A stretch of DNA of 64,000 nucleotides, from NCBI GenBank assembly GCA_002633005.1, contig NMRA01000892.1, forward strand, positions 44,460 to 108,459, written 5' to 3'. The stretch is from Phoronis australis. Taxonomy: Eukaryota; Animalia; Phoronida. Both the position numbers and the translations under genes were made by a program. This document shows, piece after piece, positions 12,941-26,027 of the stretch. A model generated the notes under the pieces. The model made no database searches and was not told where the DNA came from. It saw only the letters and a program-made list of their open reading frames with translations. How positions within the stretch are numbered: position 1 is the first letter of the stretch; each line of letters starts with the position of its first letter.

Positions 12941-13617
12941 CACTTTTCAGCTTGGTGGCTATGGTGCAGGGCTATCTCAGATTTTGACTCCCGAGTTGGC
13001 TACATCTGGCCGCCTTTGTCTCGGCACCTGCTGGATCTCAGCATTCTGGCGGTAGTCCTCGGAAATTAATGTTTTCAAGGACATTTTTGTTTTATGTTTT
13101 TGTATTTATTTCAACCTAATGGACATTATTTTGTTTCGTATCAGAGGTACATTTTTGTTATTCATAAACTGTAAGCTGGCGTTCAACTGAACTTCTCTCC
13201 CGGTCAAATTTCAGAGATTCGATTGGCACAGGGAAGGGCACTGGATTACTGCCGGAACTCAAAGCCTTGGTCGAGCTGTTGTCACTAAAAATAAACTGTT
13301 GAATTACTTTTTGACGTGTACCTCTAGTATACACTATGTCTGTAGAGTTAGAGAGAGAGCTCATTTTGGAGTTGTTCAGACATGATATTTAGATTTATGA
13401 AGCTTTAAAAAAGAATTTGAGTTATTTTTGTAAATAACCTATTTTTGCAACTACGACACCAGACTTGTAATCTTTTTTAACCATACCACGACATAGTGAT
13501 CATGCTACCTTCAAAAGTAAATGAAAGCTACCTTTATGGAATGAAACTACAAAAAATGCCAAGTTCACAAGAAGGTAGACCTAATTTAAATGTCTTAATG
13601 GTGCAAACGGACAATTC

Positions 13618-13949
13618 CATAGGCGGATTTAGGGGGGGGGGGCAGGGGCCCCAGCCCCCTCCCGCTTGGGTGCCGCAAGCATAACGAAACAGCAAGAGCG
13701 TGAGGAAATATTGAGTTCAGTAACTAGGACCGGTAGCGGAAGAGGGGGGCTCAGACCCCAGATCGCGGCGGAATCGTGTTCCTGTTTTTTTTTTAGTCCA
13801 CCGATAGATTTTCTGAACAGAAAATCCAACGGTCTACATCCCTGGCCCCTGCAAATTTCGGGCGGCCTGTGCACATACAATCGCACTTTGCCCAATTCCA
13901 CGAGGCAACATATGTTGGGCCCCCCTGTGGTATCCTAGATCCGCCACTG
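13618..13949. mobile_element. MITE, termini CATAGGCGGATTTAG / CTAGATCCGCCACTG, 5-bp TSD AATTC
   Basis: AATTC at 13613-13617 and 13950-13954 flanks imperfect TIRs. Confidence 0.8.
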
Positions 13950-16544
13950 AATTCCAGACATTAACTTTACTTAGACACAGCCCTAGACCTACCAGAGCTA
14001 ACTGTTTGCCCAGGACGAGATGAGTGTGTACCTGAGCTATGAACCTGAATTTGTTTATCAAAATATTTCGTTAAAAGATTATAAAAGCTATCGAGTCGAT
14101 CTACATGTAGTCAGAGACTATAGTGCATGTCTTGTCTGTAATCTATGACCTACTTTACTCCAGGAGTCCCCCGCAGTTGTAACCTACTTTTCATTTGGCG
14201 AAATTTAGCAGACGACAGAATAAAAATATCGGTGAATCTTCACTGACTTTATTCGAAAGATCATGAAATCTATGGAATCGTACAGATAATTCGACTTTAA
14301 GGTACATACCCAGCTTTACATGAACATATCAGTGGCATTGTCATTTGTCAGGTGAAGGTGGCCCCGACGCCGAAGGATTCTTCGGGTTTTCGCTGGCTCC
14401 TCGAGCACTTATTTTTTCATCGTCACCCTTACAAATTCCCATAACATGAACGTACGATTCACTGTTGAAAAGCATCGCCTCTTGTCTCTGTCGACGTGTT
14501 TTCAAATAGTGCAAAAAGACTCATCGATTCCACCAGGAACGTCGTTTAGAGACAGTGTATTTGCCTCTGACATCTCGTTCGAATGTCGGGTATCACATGA
14601 CTTTTCGCATAGGGGCGGAGCTTGCGATAGGTCAATTACAAGAGCATGACGTGGAATGCTGAGTGTTCTGTAACTGTTATTCATTTGTACAGTTTCAATA
14701 CAGTATTCTTCTACCATTTCTTGATACAGCAGATTTGCCACTTATTAAGCTTTACTTGTTGAGTTCCTTATCTCCCTCCGGAAAATGTCTCAGTAAATTT
14801 GAGATAGCTTATCAAAACGTCAGTCGGCCGGAGCGGAGCAGCCAAAATCTCATTGTCTGATTTAGTCAGGGGCATTCTCTCCTACACTTGACTCACTTAC
14901 TGCTAAAATAGGCATGGTCACACCAACGATTGACGGCATATTGAAATTATATTTTTCATTAATGCAGTGGTGGGCCGGTGACCTCAGTGCGAGAGTCGGG
15001 TACAATGTCACAGGCCTGCAACCAACATTTTAAGGAGGGTTCGAATTGCACATTTTCTTTGGCGGGAGGTCGAATGTCAAAAGTTTGTACCTTAATTGCC
15101 AGCGGTGGTGTTCTTTAGTAAACCGGTTGTCCACCGTGACGTCAGCCCGAAACTCCAGTCGACATTTTTGGGCCGCAGTTGTTTGGTTACTGGTCAACCA
15201 CTGTTCTCTCCTGCATAGCACCCATTGCCGTGTAGGTCTACGCTGATGTCAAAACTTACTGTATCTTTATTCACCGGGATGTATCAAGTTAGCTGACATT
15301 TGGCGTGTGATTGGGTTATAAACACTAAATGTAGATCAGGCACTCAGAGTTCATCAGTGAACGGGACGAGACGTCCACTCATATTCACAAATCGGCAAAC
15401 AAAAACGGGGATTGAGGAATTATCGATGACTCATCTATGATGTAAAATCTGACCGGAAAGCAAATTCTTTTTCAACTTCCCTCGTCTTTAGGAAACCGTA
15501 AAAACCATTGCACACGCACTTCAATCACGGCAATCCCTACCCCGCAGCTGATTTTGACCCTTGTAATGACTCGTCGACATGGGATTAGCATTCACCAGTT
15601 GGCAGGAATCGTTGTAAGAAGGACTTTAAAAATTGACGGCAATGAAGTGTGGTGAGTATGAACTGTGAGACAGTTTGAGTATGATTCGAGTCTGAGTACG
15701 GAGATTGGAGACTGGGGCCAGGTAAACTATAAACACATGTCTTCAATTGTACAGATTTTTAAAATTATAATTTTCATAAGATACTGAGAATGCGTAACAT
15801 ATTTTTGTAGTCTTAATAATTGAAAACGGCAGCTAGATTTAATAATCTCTTCCGTATAGAAACTCTGACGCTGTTGCTGGGCATACATACTATCCCAGAA
15901 TGCAATAGAGAGGAGCTGGTGTGGGGCATGCGCATTGAGATTTGCACATTCGTTAATGTGTATTGCTTCAAGATCCAGTACCTAGAATCCCATGTACAGT
16001 ATTCTGTACCCCGCAAGTCTCTGTTTATTACTTGGCGGAACTCTTCGAATTCCATGCCGGCTTTCTGAAATGGTAAAGCGCACCAATTTCCATGTCCCAC
16101 ACCTCGTCAAACGTTAAGTCCCTGTCCTCCCCCCGGAAAAATTTTAACGTTGACACTCAGTCCGGGCTCACAGACAGACCTCGAGACAGGGCTACTATGT
16201 CGAGTTCAGATATTTGCTCGGTTTACACGAACAAAGAAGTCGTGTATTTTATGGGTTTTAAGCGTTATCAAAAGGACCGAAAATGTTGTTCAAATTCCTG
16301 TCAAAAAATTCACAGCTCACACTTTGTCCGGCGCTAAATTGCACATAAAATATGAAAATGATCTTTATCCCATATAGGCCATAGTCCCAGCTCTCCTATC
16401 TTTCACCTCCGTGGCCAATTTCTGGGGGGCAATGGGAACTTTGCATTAAACCCATCTACAGATGTTTAAAAGTAAATTTCAAAAAAAATCCCAAGAATAC
16501 ACGTGCACGCTTAGTTAGAATTTTAATTTAAAAAATGGAAAAAT

Positions 16545-16765
16545 ATAAGCATATTGCCCGGGACTCGTAAGCTAAAAATAATAAAAAAACATGTTTAGAC
16601 GTTCTGCGTTGTTACACTCGACAAAAAATTGTCGCACGTTTTGATGTTTGTGTTTGGTGAAATCAATTTCATTTTCTTAAATCAAGCATATTAGCCGGGG
16701 CTCGTCTGCTAAAAATAAAAGCATATTCAGATGTTCTGCATTGTTACAATCCACAAAAACATTTA
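16545..16765. repeat. Diverged ~140-bp tandem duplication
   Basis: aagcatatt.gcc.gg..ctcgt..gctaaaaataa...gttctgc.ttgttaca occurs twice about 138 bp apart. Confidence 0.6.
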
Positions 16766-18091
16766 TCTTGATGAAGGTTTCTTGTTCAGGTGGGACCTCA
16801 GGCAAATCTGATAAAATTACAAATGACGCCGTGACCCATAAGCTTGGTCTGAATAAATATCACATTCCCTTCCGCCAACTTGTTTTGACTACGTATGGGA
16901 AAAACTTTCAAATTCATATTTTGTCAGTTTCATTAACAATTTAAAACATCCACATCCAATCGCTAAATAAATATCTTTTACTCTTTCATCGATCGATAAC
17001 ATTTATTCTCAGACTTACCGTTTTTGCGTTATTTACCTTTGAATTTCAAAAATTGCAAAGTTTGAAACTTTTCGAAATTTGTACGGGATTTTGTAAATCT
17101 ATAGTTTTAGATAACGTTTAGAACAGGCTTTCAGGAAATGTTTTTCATTTTTCGCTATGACGCTTACTTTTTGAATTTTTGAACACTTTCTGGTAACGCT
17201 GTTCCTTTGTTGACTGATTTTGTAGCACTGTTGTTCGTGTACCTTCTATTGAACAAGAATAGCCTAATAGGCAATTACGTAGCCCTGGATGCTGAAAATC
17301 TGTCGCGCTTTGCTCGAGTTTCTCTTACCGGGTGCCATTTTCAGGAAGTTACGTGAAATCATGCATGTTGACGAATAAAAAGTCCACGGGTCACAAATAT
17401 TACAAATTTTACCTGATACAGTGTACCTTCCCATGCTATTTTGCAAGTGTCACGTGCTTCACTAGCGTTTGCCTAAATCACGTGACCCGGTTGACATACT
17501 TCGTGGTTATCGCGCGCCGTGAAAAAGTTAACGGCAACCAAAAAAGTGGAACTAGTTGGAATTCTTCATCAAAGCATAGATTATAGACAACAGACTCGCA
17601 GCTCCGGCATTTTCTTACGTTCTAGCCTGACCTTTCTGGTACAGTTTCCGGTTAGTGTATTTTGACGAGAAATATTTGCGTCTACATTACTGACCATTAC
17701 AACGAAAAAAAATCTTAATTTTGGCATTGAAACGCTGTTCAAAGTATTTCAATAGTATAAGTGTTGATATCATGAGTACTTTTTCCAATGCTATTGGTAA
17801 TTAATTACAAAATTCAAACTTCGGTGCCGACTGATTATGTCGTCTGCTTGCCCAATAGCATAGCTGCATAGTTATGGGACAGTTTGTGATTTATGGTTCG
17901 CATAGGCTTACTGAGAAAACTACGAAAGTATGTTTGTGCACAATTTCCAAGGAGTACCAGTTTTTGGTTTAGAAAAATGTCATTTTTTTCGAATTAAAGA
18001 ATGCGCCTCTGCAACGATTTGACTATTTCAACCTTTGCATGTTTATAATTCAACATTCTCAAGTGAGCAGTTCTTCTGAGAATTGTTGAGT

Positions 18092-18107
18092 GGCCCTTAA
18101 AAGGGCC
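18092..18107 (-). promoter_or_regulatory. Histone 3'-UTR stem-loop (distal), copy 2
   Basis: Identical CCAAC-GGCCCTTTTAAGGGCC-ACTCA and downstream AGAAGAACTG. The proximal stem-loop at 18133-18148 is partly broken (CAAC-GGTTCTTTTAAGACAC). Confidence 0.85.
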
Positions 18108-18158
18108 GTTGGTTGTAGGTATAGCGTGAAATGTGTCTTAAAAGAACCGTTGAATAAT

Positions 18159-18350
18159 TCAACATAAATCACACAGTATACCATGCTCACTCAAGTGCTG
18201 AAAGTCCTCTTCATTCAAGTTTTCATCTGGGAAGGTTGGATGAAAACAGAGGAGATGACAATATCGATGACAGTTTTAACACCTTATATCAATGTTACCG
18301 TTCTCCAACGTTATCACGAACCCTGCCTCTTTCAGTTCTTGTGCCTGGAT
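18159..18350 (-). pseudogene. PHD-finger-like protein pseudogene (C-terminal part); decayed coding-like sequence may extend to ~18570
   Basis: One frame reads IQAQELKEAGFVITLENGNIDIRC*NCHRYCHLLCFHPTFPDENLNEEDFQHLSEHGILCDLC*, i.e. C-x2-C-x4-H-x2-C...C-x2-C with one premature TAA. The first Cys pair is probably frameshifted near 18380-18395. Confidence 0.65.
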
Positions 18351-18744
18351 TCAGAAGTAACCCTGAACCATAGGGGAAAAGACATACAACGAAAACGCAA
18401 TCAAATTTTGAAAATCCTCGCTTTAGTACGATTGCCGGTGTTGCTGTCGCCAGACTAATATTCCTCCCCAACATCAATGTCGAAAATCGACGTTACAAGT
18501 GATGGAAACTTGTGTCCTTTGTTTCTAACTTTTAACCAATTTTAAGAAAGGGGTGTACTGATTTTGTCTAACGTTGATAGAGCATAACTTTTGGTTTTTA
18601 CAGTGCATTAATTGTGTTGAATGCATTCATATTAGGTGGCTTCATTCAGTTGAAGAGAAAATAAATTAAATGTAACACAATAAAGTTTTGAAAATAAATA
18701 GAACAGCAACAGGACTCCCTAAAAATCGAGCTGTTTTCGAAAAC

Positions 18745-18792
18745 TTTGCGCCATTGGTGATCTGATTGGTTCATGCATTTACGGCGGGAAAA
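18745..18792 (-). promoter_or_regulatory. Candidate G1/S promoter cluster: E2F site TTTTCCCGCC, two CCAAT boxes, E2F-like GGCGCAAA
   Basis: Plus strand tttgcgcc-attgg-tgatctg-attgg-...-ggcgggaaaa, upstream of the minus-strand PHD ORF. Confidence 0.4.
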
Positions 18793-21700
18793 TAATAGAC
18801 CAAGTATCGTGCACGTGTGCACTGTTGCAACACTTTGTATTTCATTCTTATTTGGGCCAATCTGTTGATACAGTAAATTTCCTCATTTATGCCCGTCCTG
18901 ATTTGACGGCAACTTGAGCTTGTTGGGTTCTATCATATATTGGGTTGGCATTGGGACCTACATGATGCTTACTCGAATGGGCTTCATTTTACCAAGTATT
19001 TCAAATTGAGGTGAAGTAAAATAAGCAAAGTGGGTGACTATCATCACCAGAATTTCATCATTAGTATCTTTTGCCGGGTGCTTAAATTTTCTGAGACCAG
19101 GGATTGTAAGATTTGTAAGGTAGAAGTGTTTCGCTGGATTTCCAGGTCTGTGGCGTTAATTAAAAACCATACCTTTGTTTAAATCAGGAGCTGCACGACA
19201 CACATTTATTAGACGTACGCAGGCATTGCACTGATCGATGATCACTTATCCTTTATGCACGGGACCCTTTTGTTACGTTAGGAGTGGAATTGGCTCCTTA
19301 TGTACCCTACAGGTGGCATAGGACTTTACAAAACTGGTTGAAGAATTTTGTTTTCGTCATAAACTTTCGTTTGAATGGCTTAAGTTTGGAAATGTTAGGA
19401 CTTAAGGCGGAAACTTAAAAACCATTTGTCCGCTTACAAAAATTTAACACTGAAGAATAAAAACAACCTTCACACCCCTCTGGTGTTCCTGTTCCATGTT
19501 TTCAAAGAAGTTGGTTGCGTTTTCATAGACTACAGTCGAGAGATTTTGTGCGGCATATATTGTGTAAGATGCTGTTGAATTGCGAGATAGAGTTTGACTG
19601 GTCCAGGTGGTTACATGTATTTCTGAAGTATTAATGTAATCTTTATTTATGTTAAAGGTTTTACCAGCGTTCTATTTATTTGTACACAAATGTGAATTTG
19701 TTGAAATCGCTGATCCAAATCCTGGCCAAATTTGTGCATTTTGTTGAGACCAGCCGTCTGATCAGGGCCACCGGAGAGTAATTTGGTTAATTCGGTCACT
19801 AGACTATGACTGAGTCACTACCATTGGAAGAAATTTAGCGGACAATTTTCGTCAAAAAGTTTACCAGATACTTTTCATCAAAACGGAGAAAAAAATGGAT
19901 TTGTGAGGACAGGATTAAGTAGTAGAGCCTCTTAAAAATATTCATCTTCGAAGTGCCTTGAACAAATGTATAAAGTCTTATTGCTGAAACAACTGCCATT
20001 CACGTTGACACAAGAACTAAGCTTCCCACAGCCGAATATGGTGTCTTCGGATGGTATGGAAGCTAATTCCTTTGCATTTCGCGTGTGTGACCGGTTGTTC
20101 GGCCACACAGTAGCCGACCATGATTAGCAGACGACGTACTTGCCGGAAATTGCACTAGAAAATTTAGCCAGGTGTCGCCAGTGAATAATGACGTAAGATC
20201 ACAGATTTCGTCCATTGAAAGTATACGGAGTTGGCGGTCCATGTACTATAGTGTATGATCAAAGTCAACTTAATTCTCACAACTAAGCTTCATCGAAGAT
20301 ATGTGTAGAAGAACAAAGTACCAATGATAAACTTAAGCGCTTTTTTAAATGATACTAAGTGTGGATTGTATTTTTGACGTGAAAACTCAAAATCGGTGGC
20401 CGGATTTGGCCTACCGCCCGTTTAAAATACATGTAACGAAATGCGTATAGAAAGCGAATGGAAGTATTGCAGTCCCTAAATGGCCAACCGAGGGCTACGT
20501 GTTGCCTAATAGCCTATTTCTCATTGACTTCTGACATCTTCGTCCGTCGTGTGAATGTGATCATCGTGTTCACCACTACCACCACCACCACCACCCCGAC
20601 CGCCATCATCCCTATTAAGGCCTTTTCAGTTAATTTTGCCCAAATGTCCTCCTCGGAGCACTTTCATTCTATTTGTTGTGATAGTGTGGGTTGTGGTCTG
20701 CAACCACTTCAGATAGAGAGTGAAGCTGATTCATATGTGACATTGGAAACACATGTATAACCAGGATAAATAGGTAGGAAATTTTAGTGCCAAGACAGCA
20801 CCAAAATACCCCTCCAACACATTAAAGCTCATTAACATCAACTGAGTGTGCAATCACTATTTGGTAATTCATTTTTTGTTTTGTCAGTGCCTGTTCCATA
20901 AGATTATATCACCTACAGCACACATCACAAATTTTTGGCCGACCGGTCGGAAATTGGTCGACGACCGGCCGTCGACCAGTCGTCTAGCCGACCAGCAACG
21001 GTCGGCTAGGAGGTGGCTCTTGATCATCACTTCATCACGCTGTATATTGCGCTTTACCACAGATAATTATTGTTTATTTCTGTATAATTTCTTAATATGT
21101 TTGTACAGCAATAGAACCCAAGTTTATTTTGGGAACAACATAAACACTGGTTTGAACATAGCGCCGATATTAAGATCATGGGCGTATGAAAACGGAAGAA
21201 TGTGATCGGTTTATAGTGTCATCCATCATCAATCATCATTCTGAATTTGTTGCCACTTTCGCAGTAAAATATCGTTTCGAAGCTAGAGCCTTCCCATCTA
21301 GCCAGCTAGCTGTATGAAGACTGTTTTCAAAATACAGCAAGGTGCCTCTGTTTATTGAGCTCGAACAGACCTCGAAATTTCACACAGCCCGGATAGTTAC
21401 GCTCGTTACCTTGTCGTGAAGCTTGTATTAGCATGAGCTCAAGACCGGCGGGTGTGAATGCAAAATCTGGAAGTCAATTGACATTCAACATGCCCGTTAC
21501 GGCCGTTTAAGCGAACAACATCAGACGTCATCTTCTTGCGTAATTCTCTGCCTTTTGTAACGAAAAAACGTATGTCGTCGTTTTGAAAAGGGTTCATTCG
21601 TGACACGCGCCACTTCCAAATTGTTTTCGACATCTCCCATTCGATGATGACATCATCTCACCAAAATTTGTTCTAAAATTTGGTTTACTGATATCAAAAT

Positions 21701-23867
21701 TCCTAAAACATATAATGAAGTGAAACCAATTCTGCCTTGATCATTTGTTGTGACGTTTACGCAACCTCGAGGGAGAACGTTTGATTGAAGAATCTGGGAA
21801 AAAGAAACTGGCTAATAGGTGACGCAAAAGATCACACCATAACTTTAGCAGCAGAATAATTGTAGAAAACCAATTTTTGCAACGCTGGTAAATAAGTTAG
21901 ATTACTCGGTCAGTTTTTACCCACAACGGCGCAAATTTGTATATTTAATTTTCTAAACAGCTTATCACCAAGGCTAAAGCCTTCCGAGCCCTTTGGCGTA
22001 AGAACACAATTCTTGCCGTTTCACGTATACTCCAAGGGGTAAAACTTTAAAAATAATATTTTCGGGGTAACTTTATACATGTACGCTTAATCCTAAAAAA
22101 AGTAGTCTGTGTTTTCATGTAGAGCGTAAAATGATTAATCCAGTGATTCATAAAGAACACTCTCGCAAACGAAAACGCACAAAATTCTCAGTTCTATTAC
22201 ACAGGTTAAAAAACAACTTCTATAAGTTTATTGCATCGATTCTAGTGATCACCAGGGAAATTCAAAACTCTTAAGGGAGCGCAATTTCAAACCTTTGGCA
22301 TGAATCAGTGTTGCAAAAATGGATTCAGACCGACGTTTATTCATCAGCAATGTAGACACAAGAGTTACAGATACTGACTGCGTTTGTTAACGTCTTGTGG
22401 CAATGATAAAAATAATTGTTTCTACCATGATTGATTACAAGTTTTTCTCTGATGAGGTATGATGCAATATGCATGCCTAATATGCAGATCGGCAGTTGCA
22501 AAAATATCTACTGGGTTTGATGAATCCGTTTGTTATGAACCAAGCCTGCAAAAGTATGATTACTAATTGTACATTCGAAGCACACCTCATTAAAAAAAAA
22601 CATACACATGCTTGATGATCCTAGGAGTACAGTACCTCTATTTACAGGCGTGAATGAAGATACATAGTTGTTAAGCCATAGAGGATAATCAATAATCAGC
22701 CTTACATAATATCACACCGAGACATCTACACCAGGCATATACAAAGGATACAGTATTTCAAAAGAAGCCACAACTACTCATTTTTCATAGTCATAACTAC
22801 TCATTTTTCATAGTATTATTAAATCACGAACACCTAGATCTATTTAAGAAGTTACATAGTACGATGCTACACCACCTGCTCTCCCATATTTATGGAAGTC
22901 CTAAGTGGAAACATTTAACTACATATATTATTTTCTATGCAAGATTAAAACCAAGCAAAACGTGTTTACTTAACTCTCCAGGACCAAAAATAAATATCTC
23001 AAAATCAACACTTTTACACAAGCAAGAATTAAAACAATCCAATACATTGGGATTGTTTTCACACAGAAGACCAAAATACAAATCAAGACCAAAATTCCTC
23101 ACGTCAAGACTGAAACTTTATCACATCAGCACCTATAATTTATCACGTGAGGACAAATAATTCTTCACTTCAGGATCAAAATAAAATACGACCAACTGAA
23201 AATTTAATAAGTCAGGTTCAAAAATTTACCATGTCAGTAACTTATCATGCCAGGACACCACGTCACCATCCCCAAGCATTGATCCTTTAAAGTGATAATG
23301 TCCGTACTACACGTATAAACAAGGGCTAAGTATTCAACCTCTCCCCGACGACAGACATATTATCTAGGAAATGCGGTTGAATTTCTTTCGTCTAATGCAC
23401 GTTTTGCAATAGATGCCAATGTAAAGGTACACACTGGATTGTCATCATTGCATAATGGGTGATCACGTAGTCTCCAGGCATGAAAACAATTCTCTCCTGG
23501 TGTGATGAGTTTTCTGACGCAATAAATCCTGGTTGCCAATTGTTTTCGATTCTACAGGGATTTCAATTCCTGAATAGAAAATGTGTGTTCTGGATTTTTC
23601 GGCTTCAGTCTTCCATTCAGCGAACTAGTGCACAGCACAGTGTTTTTAATATCCCGTGGCGGATCCACTGCAACGAATCACTTCTGGTACAACCTTCAGT
23701 ATGTAGTCACCTATTTCACAAAAGCACCATCTTCCCGCGCCATCTTTAAATACTGATCGAAAACGAGACACACTGATAAAACCTCGTGAGAGATCATCAG
23801 CTGGCCATGGTGTACTGTGCAGTGCCTGAACGTACCAATTCCAGTAATAACTCGTCGCTACCATTCC

Positions 23868-26027
23868 CAGGGATATACTTAGCCACTCGCCCAGTCGCCA
23901 ATGCAGAGTAAAAATGGTGCTGGGCGAGTAGAAGTTGACTTGCCGGTTGCCCGGTGGCGAGCGAATTTCAGAGCGCAAAACCACTGTATATCGTTTCCCA
24001 GATGAATATGAATAATTTTCCTCATCCTTGTGCTGTTTTTATCATGAATTTAAGGTTCAGTTTGGTCATCGTGTCGATGCTCCGGCAGTAAACAACATCG
24101 GCGCAGTGCGACACTACCGATTCAGTACATGTCACCCGTTACGCGATTCGTCAAAAAACACAGTGTGTGGTCGTGCACAAAGAATTTGTGGACTAGTCCG
24201 AAACGAAGAAAAGGGGAGAAAGGTGGAAGACCGGTCCATGTGCTCATAGCAAATGAAATACTATATTTCTTGAAACTGATTTCTTATTGTAATGTGCATG
24301 TACAATGTCATTTTAGACAAAATTATTTTTATAACATGCGTCCTAATAAGCGCCATGCCCCTATCAGCGTCCCAACTCGTTTTCAGACATCGCTAAAACA
24401 AGCGCCCAGTCCATGAATGTGTATATATTTGTGCGAAAAAATGCCTTACCTCACAGTTCTAAAATTCTACAGTAATGTATTCATTTTAACAATAATACGC
24501 GACAGTCTTGAAAAATCATTGTGCGCGGAATTTCTAGTAGACCACGAGCCTCGCCGCTATGTCGGTATTTAGCCGTGGCTGTACACTTCAAACCGTTTCG
24601 CAGTGCTTCAAAAAGAACGCAAAAGATTTGCTGATCTTGCGAGGAAAGTGTATATGTTCTGGCCCTTCAGAACAGACGCAGCGTACTGGTAACGGGATTG
24701 GCCGTATTGTATCTTTCCCGTACAGATCTTCTCCCACAACAGGGCCCGGTCTCTAATCTTTGTACTCGAAACGAACTCGAAACTATTTTTGGCAATTTCT
24801 CTGCTCCTTTTGTGCGAACTTAAGATAATCGGTTATCAGAATGTGCTCGAATACAATATACACTGTAGTTTATGCATAGGAGTTCCTAGTTCAAGTTTGC
24901 CCTTGAAGACCCTTATATTCGTGCTACAAACTCGAGTAAAAACTCGAACTTTCGAGTTCAAACTCAAACTTATTGCTTTAATATTGGGTTTACAAACTGT
25001 GAACTAAGGGCAATAAATTATCTACGTAAGTTATTGTGTACTCGAGTATAGAATAATAGACGCTTATCTTGATTTCGCCCAAAAGTAGAGTAGAAAATGC
25101 CAAACCTAATTTCGAGTTCCATTTCGAGTAAAAAGATTGGAGACCGGGCTCAGATTGCTTTGTACACGTCAAATTACAAAAACCGCGAATCGAAACTTGG
25201 TCAAGAAACGCGCTAGGGCCTACAAATAATATGTGGGCCTGCTCAATGAGATAAATATAACTACATACACACCTGTACAGCTCATTGGGCCTGTTACTCT
25301 GGCAAATGAACACTGATAACACTCACGCGCTCGCTCACACGGTGCACACCTGTTGACTCACTTCAATACAAACGTCACGTAACAACATATGTGTTCGTCC
25401 AGATTTTTCACGTTGCGGGGTGCGATCTAGCGCAGATTTTTACTTAATCTGCTTTTAATCCCGACTCCGAGTCCACCGGAACTTAGAATCTTAGGAAAGG
25501 CTATTTGGAAAACTTAAGGAGGATTTCAGGTAATTTGAGTCGAAACTATTTTTACTCAAGAATTCAAGTTGTCCTCTCGACGATTGCGAAGCAGCGACGC
25601 ATCACTGAGTCGGCAAGTTTTCGCACATTTTTTTAAAAAGATCGTAATTTAACAACAGAGTGGTGATAGCAATGCACCACAGTTTTGTAGACAGTCTGTC
25701 ATAGGTTACACATACGTCACAGCGCGTAAATTTGATGAATCCTAGCTTCCGAGATTTCACCCGTTTCGGAGACCGGGTTTTAACCGCCTTAGGCTACAAA
25801 AAGGCGTCACCCTGGGCGCTTATAAGGGCGAATACGGTAGCCTTAATAGATGGTGACATCAGTGCACGAAACGATGGTTTTTATATAAACTAGCAGCAAG
25901 TTTGTGGTGACTGGCTCCAACGACCGGGTGACTGAACTTCGGGCTGGGCGAGTAGATTTTCTGGCTCCGGCACTCGCCCAGCTGGCGAGCAGGGTTTTTC
26001 AAGACTAAAAGCCTGGGTATATCCCTG
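23868..26027. mobile_element. hAT-like non-autonomous element, TIR CAGGGATATAC
   Basis: cagggatatact at 23868 and gggtatatccctg ending at 26027; ctcgcccag/ctgggcgag subterminal motifs at both ends. Confidence 0.7.
24743..25150. mobile_element. Harbinger-type MITE with CAG 3-bp TSD
   Basis: TIR ggcccggtctctaatctttgtactcgaaa / tttcgagtaaaaagattggagaccgggct, flanked by CAG on both sides. Confidence 0.75.

Larger units (their letters stand above)
12304..15719. mobile_element. ~3.4-kb PIF/Harbinger-type element with nested insertions
   Basis: Imperfect TIRs ggccctgtctgcaatctcaggctcatactc / gagtctgagtacggagattggagactggggcc, similar to the GGCCC-terminus MITEs at 24743 and 61013. Weak FNMPSIVGV transposase-like remnant near 14925-14950 (-). 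Confidence 0.5.
17575..18800 (-). mobile_element. Repeat unit B, copy 2 (longer): PHD-finger pseudogene, histone stem-loops, E2F/CCAAT motifs
   Basis: Starts CATAGATTATAGACAA and is co-linear with 10705-11430. The right boundary is not defined. Confidence 0.65.

Noticed and set aside
22690-23340. Possible CR1/L2 3' remnant
   Set aside because: Motif similarity too weak to support a call.
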